A DNA stretch of 63,467 nucleotides, the filler included, from Lenisia limosa (lineage: Eukaryota > Protista > Breviatea), in NCBI GenBank assembly GCA_001655205.1. It is 10 parts of 10 records of this genome, joined end to end, with 100 filler letters (N's around TTAATTAATTAA, not from the genome) between each part and the next. Parts side by side here need not be neighbours in the genome. Positions count along the whole stretch, not along the records: positions 1 to 19,037 come from LPNZ01006654.1; 9 more parts are not named here. The stretch is one strand, 5' to 3'. The position numbers were made by a program, and so were the translations under genes. Below are positions 1 to 11,900 of the stretch, piece after piece. How positions within the stretch are numbered: position 1 is the first letter of the stretch; the number at the start of each line of letters is the position of its first letter. The notes under the pieces were generated by a model. It worked only from the letters and a program-made list of their open reading frames with translations, did no database searches and was not told the DNA's origin.

Positions 1-248
1 TTAAGCTCATATATCAGGATACACATAAAGCTAACGAACACATACTATTTTGTATCATATATAAACACCGCACGAAAAATAAACGCGGATGGATAACCTC
101 AATGTAAAATCAAATGTAAAAATGTAAGTTACTTACTAATACAGTTTTTAAATAATTACATATGATATGTATTGAAGATAAGACAAGGAAAACAAATACA
201 CATTAGGATCATTTGTTGATTTGTTGTTTCGAACTGGGAGGGATTCTG

Positions 249-424
249 TATTATAAGGGTATTGGGGGACTAAAACTCGTGCCTCACTGCCCATTCTAAG
301 GATATTGGGGGACTAAAACTCGTGCCTCACTGCCCATTATAAGGATATTGGGGGACTAAAAATCGTGCTTCACTGCCTATTATAAGGATATTGGGGGACT
401 AAAACTAGTGTTTTACTGCTGCAG
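249..424 (+). repeat. 43-bp intronic minisatellite, 4 copies; last copy ends in the PPIL2 acceptor
   Basis: ATTGGGGGACTAAAA recurs at 261, 304, 347 and 390 (period 43); the last unit runs into ...ctgctgcag|GTGGTG. Confidence 0.9.
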
Positions 425-1602
425 GTGGTGGGAGGAATGGACGTTGTTTTTGAGATGGAGAAGATCAAGACTGACAAGAAAGACAGGCCTGAGGTACGAT
501 GTGAAACGTTATTTTATTATTTTTATTTTATTTTTTTTAATTTGTTGAGATTTGAGGTTTCTCAGCTTGAAGTGCTTTTGTATTTATTATTGTATAGAGC
601 TTTATAAATATTATTTCGTCTTCTCTCTGGCTGTTACATAATACATGTATTTCAAATTAGATTTTAAAGTTATAATGACAAATACTCAGTCTAACGCTAT
701 TTAGGAGGAAATTATCATTGACAAAGCTGAAGTGTTCGTTGACCCTTTCCACGGCTGGGTTGACCAAGACCTCATAGATGTGGGTGGTCGATAGGGATTT
801 CTTGCATTGAATCAGGTATACATACTAGTACATATATACTATCATGTATATCCATGAGGCAGCAGAAAGCTGTGTACACAGAGTTGTAAGGCAAATGATT
901 GGGTGAATTACTACAAATGCAACATCTCGTATTAGCGTGATGGTGTAGACAGCTTCGGCCAGATACAACCGTTTTTTATCTAATTGCTATGACCTCTTAG
1001 ATGAAGGAAGAGAAGAAAAGGAAGGAGGAAGAAGAGCGTGTAGCCGAGATCAGGAGGAAAGAGCGGGCTGGTGAATGGTTTGTTTGGAGTCCAATGAGTT
1101 TTCAGGGAAATGGGTGAATAGGAGCTAAATCGCGCAGGTTCAGCGGAGGAGCAAACAAGAACGTTTCAGCAACAGCTCATGACAAAACGACTATTGGTTC
1201 CAAGCTTAAGGTGAGAGGCATTTGGGGCTTTCCTCGTGATTTACGTTCGTTATCAAACATCGTAATTCGCGATTCAAGTGGAGATGGGCCCGCCCATTTG
1301 TTAGTGTTTGTGTTTTTGATTGCGAGTTATTGTAAGTCGTGCACAGTGTTAATGTTTTCTCTTTTGATTTTTTACCCAAATTTATCATCCCCTTCCCCCA
1401 TGTTGATGTGAGGGTTATTGTTTTTGTTTTTTTCTCAAAAAAAAGTTCCCTTCATTTCATCCCCTCCCAGGAGAAACTTCTCGAACGAAAGAAAGAGGCA
1501 AAGAAAGCCAAACCCGCAGCCACTCCAGTCCTCATGCCACCCCCAGCTGCTGAACCGAAAAAGAAGAAAACAACTGGTTTTGGAAGTTTTAATGGATGGT
1601 AA
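425..1602 (+). CDS. PPIL2: Cyclophilin-family PPIL2/Cyp60, 3' exons (5' part outside window)
   Basis: Spliced exons read VVGGMDVVFEMEKIKTDKKDRPE|EEIIIDKAEVFVDPF...KKKKTTGFGSFNGW*, matching the PPIL2 cyclophilin end (DRP.EEI.I....VFVDP) and its GFG.F..W C-terminus. Confidence 0.85.
855..975 (+). mobile_element. Bipartite hairpin repeat (family B), copy in PPIL2 intron
   Basis: Block A GAGGCA..CAGAAAGCTGTGTACACAGAGTTGTAAGGCAAATGATTGGGTGAATT, AT-rich spacer, block B GCGTGATGGTGTAGACAGCTTCGGCCAGATACAACC. Confidence 0.8.
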
Positions 1603-1609
1603 CTGACAA

Positions 1610-1695
1610 TGGAGAATTAAGGATGTAGATAAATGACAATGAAGAAGTAAGGATGTAGATAAATGACAATGAAGAAGTCAGGATGTAGATAAATA
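1610..1695 (+). repeat. 30-bp tandem repeat (~2.7 copies) just after the PPIL2 stop
   Basis: GGATGTAGATAAAT at 1621, 1651 and 1681. Confidence 0.85.
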
Positions 1696-2116
1696 CCATT
1701 TAAATAAATGGTATTCGTAAAACGAATGATATGTTAACATGATGATACAGGTTTCATCGTATACCAATCTGAATAAAAACCAGCATTAGAAACTGTTGCT
1801 CCAGATACTGTGATTAGTAGTTCTTTTGCTTCCATACAGCCCAGTAAAATATCGACAGTGGGGGACCAATTGCAATAGTCGCGATAGAGATAAGGTTCCA
1901 TGGTACTCAAAATCTCGATAAATACTCGATGATGAAAAGTTGGTCTTTCTCTGATAAGACATCAACGGCAAGACAACAGAAATATATCATACTTGAGAAT
2001 TCATCAAAGTGAATCTGGGAAAAACTGTTGAAAGTAACCTAAATAACCCAGTTTGACCTTTGTACATAATGTATCTTACACTCACCACAAAACAAAATAA
2101 TAAATAACAACACTCA

Positions 2117-4433
2117 TCACTCCGGTACGTCAAACCCATGTTGCCTCAGCATCTCGGCTGCATTTTTCTTCTGCTGGTTTTTGACCAGACTGACGCCCTC
2201 CCCCCGTTCCTTCATCGCCTTCTTGAGATCAATACCCATGAAGAAACCGGGCTCCTCGAAGTCTATGAAGTCGGTGGAAGGGCCTGATGAGGGGTAAGGG
2301 GGGGGGGGGNNNNNNNNNNNNNNNNNNNNNNNNNNNNNNNNNNNNNNNNNNNNNNNNNNNNNNNNNNNNNNNNNNNNGTGCTGGCAACACTCGAGGGTTG
2401 AGAACAACCACAAACAGAGCGGGCTGCATGTCGCTTTTGCAGCACCGCATCCCATGTATCAGCTTATCATTGATTGCCGGACAATTGTCATACGAGTGGA
2501 TATAATATAATAACATATTACTGCGTGAAAATGATAGTTCACACTGTGAAAATAATCCAAAAAGTGATATGAGAAAAAGAAAATCCCCATTCACCAGGTG
2601 GGAATTCGGCATCATCAGGCTTCTCATATTCCACATCAGGAAACTCCAATATCAGCTCGATGTAGGGCTGGAAATCAATCTCGTTACCTGGTAGGGTTAG
2701 TAAATAAAATAATCAAAATACAATAATATGATATGTAAACATACAAGTTAAAATAAATAAAGGGGGTGCAGAAGCCGTCTACAATCGCGTTTATAAGATT
2801 GATAATATCAATGTTGGGGAGGCACACAGAAAGCTGTGTGCACGAGTTCTAAGGCAAATGATTGGGTGAATTAATACTATACTAATATATATCATATATA
2901 TATGTATATGGTCAGCATGATGGTGTGGACGGTTTCGGAGATACATGTAATTATGTATACTGTATGCAAAGTATTCAAACTTCACTTTAGACATGAGTGA
3001 AGCTTGACCGCGCGAGCCACTCCTACCAAGTCTAATTGACTTTAGGAACGCTGTGATTGCGGGGCCATATTGCTGAAAAGTGAGCACATGCAACAAATAG
3101 TGGCACTCTCACGTTGAAAAATATAAAATCACACACGAATATCCAACAAAGGGTTTTGATGGACTCTGACAAATCACCCCTCCCCCCCGCTCACTTCACT
3201 CTTCATCAACGAGAAGCCCAGGAGATGATAGGCCTCCTGTTTGGTCTGGGGGGCATTGAGACACTTTTGGAGGCACTCGATTGCAAAGTGCCACCACTTC
3301 ATTTTGTAGTACGCCCGGGCAGCGTAGAGGTATGCCACTGGGTCTGCGGGGGGGGGGGGGGGGNNNNNNNNNNNNNNNNNNNNNNNNNNNNNNNNNNNNN
3401 NNNNNNNNNNNNNNNNNNNNNNNNNNNNNNNNNNNNNNNNNNNNNNNNNNNNNNNNNNNNNNNNNNNNNNNNNNNNNNNNNNNNNNNNNNNNNNNNNNNN
3501 NNNNNNNNNNNNNNNNNNNNNNNNNNNNNNNNNNNNNNNNNNNNNNNNNNNNNNNNNNNNNNNNNNNNNNNNNAGGGAGGTAAATGGGGAAGGAGGGTGG
3601 AGTGAGAATCGGAAACGGAAGTTGGGGGTGGATGGAAAGGTACTAATCAGGATGGAAAGGTTTATGAAAAAAAAAAACCTGGAATCAACTTGATATAGAG
3701 AGAAGGTAAAATCGAGTTAACAATGTTAGCTATCCTTTACAAAACCACCAAATCCAGATTCTTTTTAATCTAGTGGCGGATGCGTAACCNNNNNNNNNNN
3801 NNNNNNNNNNNNNNNNNNNNNNNNNNNNNNNNNNNNNNNNNNNNNNNNNNNNNNNNNNNNNNNNNNNNNNNNNNNNNNNNNNNNAATTATTGATTATACG
3901 CATTAAATAAGAAGCTATAGGTCAAGACCAAAAATATGTAAATTAGAAACTACATGATGACAATGCATTTGATATATACATATGATGTTTTAGTGGATTA
4001 GTATGTTAATAGAGAGACCGTGAAGTCTTGACCGTCAGATAAAGACGCATCACGGTTTACAAAAAGGAAATAATTATATATTATATCAATGAGAAATATT
4101 AAAAAAAAAGGTGTATCTGGCCAAAGCCGTCCACCCCATCACGCTTATAAGAGTCTTTGGATTATATAATATTAATTCACCCAATCATTTGCCTTACAAC
4201 TCTGTGCACACAGCTTTCTGCATGCCTCCCCAGCATATGAATGCACCCAATCATTTACCTTACAACTTATAGCACTAAAAATCGTCTTACACCCCAAGAT
4301 ATAGCACTTATAATCGTCAAAGCCTACCAGTCGGAAGGAATCCAAGATGGCCAATTATGTCTTCCATCGCAGTTGGTGGCCTTGTGGCTATATCGCGGGG
4401 AGGGAACACGAAGGGGGTGTAGTGCTCTGCCAT
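2117..4433 (-). CDS. Small TPR-repeat protein (multi-exon, gaps; start uncertain)
   Basis: Exons read MAEHYTPFVFPP..., DPVAYLYAARAYYKMKWWHFAIECLQKCLNAPQTKQEAYHLLGFSLMK, QYGPAITAFLKSIRLG, ...QHGFDVPE*; TPR helix pattern. Confidence 0.7.
2284..2470 (-). mobile_element. Acceptor-terminal repeat (family I), copy in TPR-gene intron
   Basis: Minus strand TGCTGCAAAAGCGAC...CAACCCTCGAGTGTTGCCAGCAC[gap]CCCCCCCCTTACCCCTCATCAG|exon. Confidence 0.55.
2815..2945 (+). mobile_element. Family B repeat copy, antisense in TPR-gene intron
   Basis: GGGGAGGCACACAGAAAGCTGTGTGCACGAGTTCTAAGGCAAATGATTGGGTGAATT...GCATGATGGTGTGGACGGTTTCGGAGATAC. Confidence 0.8.
4075..4275 (-). mobile_element. Family B repeat copy with partial tandem duplication of block A
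   Basis: Reverse complement of both blocks at 4110-4240, plus an extra CACCCAATCATTTACCTTACAACT at about 4244-4267. Confidence 0.8.
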
Positions 4434-5966
4434 TGTGAGGAGGGGGGAGGGGATGGGTTCCCCTTTTGCTGGCTTATTGATTATTATGTTTTATTTTATG
4501 CTTGCTTTGACGTAGCTTTGACTTTAACGTGCGTTGTGCACCATAGGTGGGGGGCAAAACTGAGGCAAAATTACTCCCCATGTAAAATTATTTAGAGTAC
4601 AACCCGCCGCCAGGTCCTCTCTGGTTCAGACCCGTCGGCGAACAGGGCACAACACAATTTAATTACTAACTGCTTGGTTTGAGAGAGAAGGAAGCAAAGC
4701 ACAAAATATTGGATCAAAAGGGGCTCAAAAGAAGCAAAAGAAGGCCTTAAGCTCGCAGTGACCCATTTTGATCCCTGAAACATGCAGGATCCGAATCCAC
4801 TGAGGCTTCCCAAGGCTACATCTCTTCAAGAGGTCGTGGAAATAACCCCTTATCAGGTTTGGCTCGAGGGTTCATCGACCATTGGGATTCTTCACATATT
4901 ACACACGCTTGCAACTCGCTTGTTATAAAATTACTGGATAATACTTCTACCACAACAACTATATAGTTTATGACTTTCAAATAAGCCAGAAAAGAACCAA
5001 ATAGCTTCTCTATATTCTGCAGGACAACCCTCTGGAGAGTTTGGTCCCTAATGGAATACTAACCGAATCATTCGGCCTTGTTTGTTTTAACGTTCTAGAC
5101 GGACAAGCCGCCTGTTTTGGTGAAGTCTTCCAGCGACCCATATTGTGGCAATGCCGCCTACAAGTTGACTGGCAAGACAGAAGAGAGTGTTGTAAGAGGG
5201 CAGATCGGAAGGCACTCACAACCCTCGGAAGTGCCAAGCCGCTGGTTGAAATGGACTTGAGGTTAATTTGAGCTTGTGAAACAAAGATTATAAGCGGGAT
5301 GTTATCCCGTGTGGACTTTCCTTCGTATCGCTTTCTCGATGAGTTTAAGATGAAATATCAATTTTAATAAATTGTTGAGAATTTATTTTAGGGGAATAGC
5401 ATTAATTGTTGTGAAACATGACGCAATTAGGTTGACCAAGAGGCTTCCATTTCAGGCAGAGTTGGGCTGGAAAAGTTGGTTGGGGTGGGGTAGGACGGAA
5501 GTATCTTATCTTTAGGAATACTTATAATACACACTAACTTTGATCCCTTAACATGTCTAATTTTTTAAAAATCTGTACAAATCTGTACACCCCACGTAAT
5601 CTACATTACTACTGTTTTTACTTACCAAAGTTCCATCAAGCAATCCATCTTATATGGGGTATTCTTTGAGTCCTTTACAAGCACGAGCTCAATTTTCGAT
5701 TGTGTCATCATTATTGCCCTTAGGAAGAAGTAGTAACTCATGTATCTATTTTCTTATTACTTGTCTTATTCTGCGTCATTTTTGCTTGTTCGAGATAGCC
5801 TCTTGTCTTGTTGGTCAATTTTATACCACATTGTGTCACGTATTTTCATAAACACTTGTGTGATATAGAATAGTCTTGAAGAAAACATCTTATTTTCGTT
5901 CATCATTTTTAATCGAAAGCCGTCATGTGGATGTGTTACATTACATTACACTTTAGGGTGTCATCT

Positions 5967-8900
5967 ATGTCCAAAGGAAGTCTCTCAGTAGCACAGACTA
6001 TTTGCCTGGTCATCTTCTTCTCCATGATCCTGTCGTCAGCAATCGTCTTCACCATCATGCATTTTTCAGGTAATAACAATAATTTATTCATTATTTTTCT
6101 TTTTGTGACATTTTCACACATGTGACGTATCATTTTTGACTAGGTGATATGACTTATTAATAAATTGAACAAAAAGACTACGTAATGTTATTCTCGTTCA
6201 TCAGTCATTTACTGTCATTTGCTTGAAATTCTAAAATTTGAACAAATGCTTCACTAATATTCCACAGGACAGTCAGCCGTGAGTAAAGTCACCAAGAATC
6301 TACAGCAGCAAATGATTACTTCGCTTGAAACACTTTTGGTGGGTTGGTGTTCTGCCTAGTGATATTATTTGGTATTTGGAGCTCAGTGGTTTATTTTTTA
6401 CAAAATTTCCTGAAATATCTATTGTCAAAATTTTAACGATTTTAGACGAAAGAGCTTGAAGGAGCTGAAACCTTGGTCAGACAGAACAAAGAAATTATCT
6501 CGGACGGTCTTTTTAACCTCACGGTAAGATTCTCAGGAGGTTCTTTTCGAATAAATATTATCATACATTGACCAGGTAAACCTATTGAAACGAAAACAGA
6601 CCTATTACTGTTACTATTTTCTGTATTATTGCTTCCAATTACGTCTTCACTTCGGTTCGAAAAAGATTGAATGTCGATAAATCCTCAAAAACTATCGATA
6701 CTTTCCCGAGTATTCTCGAACCGAAGTGAAGCCCTACTTCCAATTTCAAAAAGTGACAATTTTTGCTCTTTTATTTCATTTTCAGCTTACTCCTCCCAAC
6801 GGACAAATTCTGAATAGGTTTTTCATGAAGCAGTTTGTTTCGCATAAGGTGGGGGTGGGGGGTAGGCTGGCTAGTTTCTCTACCCTTGGGTGTTAACGAA
6901 ATGTATTATATGGAATGGTTGGTTCATCTTTTACAATGTTGCTGTCTGAAATAACATTGAAAATTCCAGTAACCCAACGGAATTTGTAAAATCGTAAGCA
7001 AAATCCTGACAGCATCCTTCCGATCGTTCAATAACTCTCTATGTAGTATTCTCTGAGTCGAGACTGTTAGTGGAAATCTTGATACTGATACTGAATCGTA
7101 GAACATGACCAGAGAGTAACCCATATACTATTGTATACATCTCTAATCCGTTCCACAATCCTGACTGGCTCTATTGTAAAAGAAATATATTGTTGTGGAA
7201 GATGAAATAGAGAACCGCTAAAAGGTTACACTACTAGCAGCCTAACCTCGACAATGATATTTCGAACCAAACATTGACATTATAGCACAAGATATCCGCC
7301 ATTCACCACACCACTACTGATGGTTACTTATTCGGTATTGTGGTTCGTGTGATTTCAATTTTCGATAATAGACACTACTTGTTGCTGATTTTATGAGAGT
7401 TTTCCAAATCACTGCTCTTCTCTGCGAAAAAAACTGGGAAGGTTTGGTTTGAAACCAAAGTAGATCAGTTTTTGTTATGTTTTCTAATCCAGCCGTGTAT
7501 TTGTTTTGTCAATTCCTGTCCTTATGAATTAGGCGCTTTCCAGCGGGATGTTGATGATATTGTGCATCTAGGGATCTGGGAAGGCTATGATGACGGTGTT
7601 TCTTTCACTGTTTGGGGCTTTGAGAATTTGCTCAAATGAGCAGGAACTAATTTTCTTTGGTGAACCTTAGCTCTTTATATTTCACAAGACAGTTGAACAT
7701 TAAGATAGGATTTCATTTTCGAAGAAATATCATGGTGTTTGGCCTAAAAAAGACTGTCAAATATCTTGTTGAGGATTTATTGGTTTTGTATTCATTCTTT
7801 TTGGCATGCTTTAACTATTTAGATTCCGCCATCCTCCAACACCACGACAGACAACCTTGAGTGGACAACAGACTCAAAACTAAAACATTTGCAATTGACC
7901 GCAAGATGGCCCAAAAATGGCCACGAATCTCTGGTGGGAATCAGGGGGGGGTGGCGCTGACACTGTTAGATGGTGAGGAGGATAATAGTGGTTTCAGGTC
8001 TCTGAATTGGGGTATACGGAGGAGGGATGATAAGTTCAGAGTTTTACAATAAGAAAGTTGCTCCATTGTGCTTAAAGCAGTGTGGTAATTTAGAGAATTA
8101 GCTCGGATTTCCGTACAATACTCTCTAAGATTGACGCATATTGAACGTACTTTACGCCAAACCTTGGGGTCTTTCAAACTGAAGTAACGGGTAGTTATTA
8201 ACAAAACAGTAATTTGTTTCAAAGAAGGCGTCTGTGAATAATATTTTTAAAGCAACTGTGAATATTGTTTGAATTACCACCCTACTTGAAAGTGCCATTT
8301 AAACGCATTATTTTGCAGTGGTTCACCCAAATATCGAACACTGACCCGAACCACTTCCTCTGGACGCCTCCTTTCGACTATTTAGGTGAAAGGCTATTCC
8401 AACTTGTTGGGTAATCATTATTAAATCCAAACATAATCTATAGTTATTTCGAACTTTTTGGCATATATTTAGATATTTTGCTCTGTTTTTAACTAGATTA
8501 CAAATCTCCTTTCTTCCTATAATGAAAATAATTTTCGGATCTTTTGTATTGCAATGAATTTATTCCAGAACAGTTCTTATCTCTTTTAGAGACCCTTTGG
8601 GTCACTTATTCGACCGGTGTGTTTGTGGACGATGTTTTCAATGGTGTTACAGGGATAGACGTGGAGTTGGCATTCATTTCAGACATCTTGGTGCGAGGGA
8701 GGGGGGCATGTCTTAATGGTTGCGATATTTACCAGAGATACACTCTTCAGCATAACATCGTGTTGTTCTAATCAACTTTTTTTGAAGCGAGATGTATTTG
8801 ACACTTTAGGTGAGCTTAAATGCTGAACACAAAGATGTTTCGTACATATACGTTGTCGATCATTCTGGAGTTTTTCTGGGGTAAGAGAGGGAATTGATGC

Positions 8901-11900
8901 AGTACTTTTAACCGTTAATCAAAACAGTGGAAGTAGGGTTCCCAAAATAGCATAGTTTTGGATCCCCAAAATAAAACATGATTTTCTTATTGAAGATTAG
9001 AATCTGATACAAAGAGCTACATAATTTTTCAAACTACCATCACTGCCAAGATCAACGGAAGGTATTTCAGAGATGGTTACGGACGATAAAGGCCAAGTAG
9101 CGCCTCGAAAGTTCTCTGATATCGACCATTCACACGTTCAAATTGTCATGGATCATGCTGGCTCAGAGGTAGACATTGTGGGCAATATTGTACAAGTTTA
9201 TTGGCAAAATTCTGTGGTCTCACGTAATTCTCTCTGAATACCACAATGGAAGTTAAATTTATGCGTGGGAGAGATGTTAAGCCTGAAATATATTGAATTT
9301 CTTGGAGTTTTGTTTTTGTGCAATAATACGGAGTATCACAAAATAAGCGAGATCGTTATTTGAATGTGAGTTTAATCCCATAATCTTTTAACTCAAACAA
9401 TTACAACCTGTCGGAATATTGTTATTTTCTTTCATCACATGTCTTAATCGTGTCCACATTCCGTCATAATCATTTTCAGGGGTTTGCTGACGTCGCTACA
9501 ACGGTAGATTGTAACGGCGGTTCTTACCTCTTGGCTGTGACCACAATTGAGCTTTCCGGGCTAAAGTGGCATGTTATTCAACTACTGGATGTGGGTTTTT
9601 TTTGAGCAAAAAATACATACAATATAATCTAAAGTTAATAAGTTAATAATCTTCCAGAGGATTTGTGATATTTTGATAATCTGAAAAAGAGATAATCCAT
9701 TTGGACGCTAATTTGGCTAATATCGTAGGAGGACTACTATCTTAAAGAGATACGGGAGGATGGAATGATTTCTATAATTTTGACGATTATTGCCATCGTT
9801 ATCTGTCTCGGAGCGTCGCTTTTGGTCAGCTACTTCTTCATTTCAAAGCCATTGGCGGTGGTTTGTGGGGGGTCGATTCAAGTAATTTAATAATCCGTCT
9901 GTCTGAGATATTATTACAGAGATAAGTGGTGTTGAAGTATTATCTTCATAAATATATATCATATTATATATGATATTATATCATATTATATAGTCAAATC
10001 TCCGGAAATCATTCAAAATCTCTGGACACATCAAAACTCCCGGAGAGCTTGAATTTTCCCTATAAAAGTACTATTAACTTCATTTCCCTGTTATTTTCGA
10101 AAGTAATTTCAGTCATAATCACAGGATAGAATCAATTTTTTACATATTCTTGACTCAAACCCAAATTAAGTCACTTGGCTACCCGTTTGCGGCCTCAAAC
10201 TGCCACAAACAACCAAAACTGTTATAATCGATCTGGGAAAGTTTGCCCTTGTAGAACCATTACATAGCCAAAGCAAGGGGGAATCCAGAACCAATTGCTC
10301 CGAGGGGTACAAATTTTTGTTTCTTAACACTAAAAGAGGGATAGATTTAGAACAAAATCCCGTGAAAAGGCAAAAGGGGCCACCCCCGGGAGACCAAATT
10401 CACGGATTTTTGTCACTTGCTCAAAAATTGAAAAAAAAAAGTTGGGTAACATTAAGAGGTCATTTTCTCTACATATCTGTCGAACCAGTTTTGAATTAAA
10501 CACTACCGTTGACCGTCAACTTCAAGCTGTCCGGGAGTTTTGATGTGTTCGGTGAATTTTGAATGCTGTCCGGAGCTTTGAGGACCCACATACATGTACA
10601 CATAATTATGGTTTAATATGACACGGTTAGTCCACTTGTAACTTTTAAGCCAATAATACCTTTTTGCATTACATGCCAACATGTCATTTTTCAGGTTTCT
10701 TTGAGAATGAGGAACATCAGTGAGCTCAATTTTGTACAGTTGGGGGGGGGGGGTACCTGAGAGAAAACATATCTTTAAATCGGATTTATAACCGATCGCA
10801 TTTCAACGAACTAACTCTCATTATTATAATATCCTCATACCTTGGCATTTATCACTTTTGGATATCTTGATCAACCAATACATTTCTAACAATCACTTTG
10901 GTCTGAGATATTGTTTCAGGGTTGAGGAAATTATGGTGATTTGAAAGCAAAATCTTAACATAAATATCACTTTTGGGGTAATTTTCACACTTGTGAACAA
11001 ACATTTTCCACGCAGTGATATGATACCTCCCTCATATTCGCTCGTATGATAATTACCGACAAATCTCAATGATTCTCTCTGATACACTCGGGATGCACCC
11101 TCATATTCTTTCATCCTTTCGATTCGGAAGTCGGTCATATGGTTGTATCACTAGTAGCAATGGATATGGGTCAACATACTGGTTAACACTCATAATGCAG
11201 GGGTCAGAGTCAGCAAACGTCATACTGGTTGACATTAATAATGCAGGGGAAAGAGTCAGCAAACGTCGTCGGTGAAAGAAATCCGGTCACTCCAGCGCTC
11301 AATATCGTCAATGTCCCTTGCTCTCATGTCCTTCGGAAAGTAAGCAGCCACAGGGGGGAGTAAAATGAGAGTGGGGTTTCATTTTAAGGGAATTATAAGA
11401 AAAAGAGAGGTCTAAAATGAATTACTTGGTTATTATTCAGCATTTTAAAACGAATGATTATAGACATAGTAGCATAACAGAACGAGAGTTGTGACCAATA
11501 TACCAACATCACACACCATCTCAGTCATAAAATTGATGACGTAACCAAATTGTCTATCAGTATTTTTGTTATGACCTGATTGCAAGGTTTGTTCCTGGAG
11601 TTGTTGTTGAGCGAATTGTTCGAAGAGAACCGAACTCAACGTCGCTTTACGTGGTTAAAAAAACGGTTTCAATTCTGTTCAACGACATTCAGGGTTTGAG
11701 GGGGGGGCTGTGTATCTAGTGGTTCATGCCCTTTTACTGGAAGTAATTACGATAATCCACAATCTTGTCTTAGCGATGACTTTGGTCAAATGAATTCAAA
11801 TTATTAGCTGAAGAGAGAATAAAGAGTTTTAGCAAAAAAATATAACAATCTTCATCCCGCCTCATCCATGTTTTAGAGCTTCCTGTTTGTTAAACCTCAT

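Noticed and set aside
249-424. CRISPR-like appearance of the 43-bp array
   Set aside because: Units are contiguous and near-identical with no unique spacers; eukaryotic intron; no cas genes.
1786-1971. Small minus-strand ORFs, including a TM-like frame interrupted by TGA
   Set aside because: No clear start or splice support; lies between convergent 3' ends; TGA readthrough is unsupported elsewhere.
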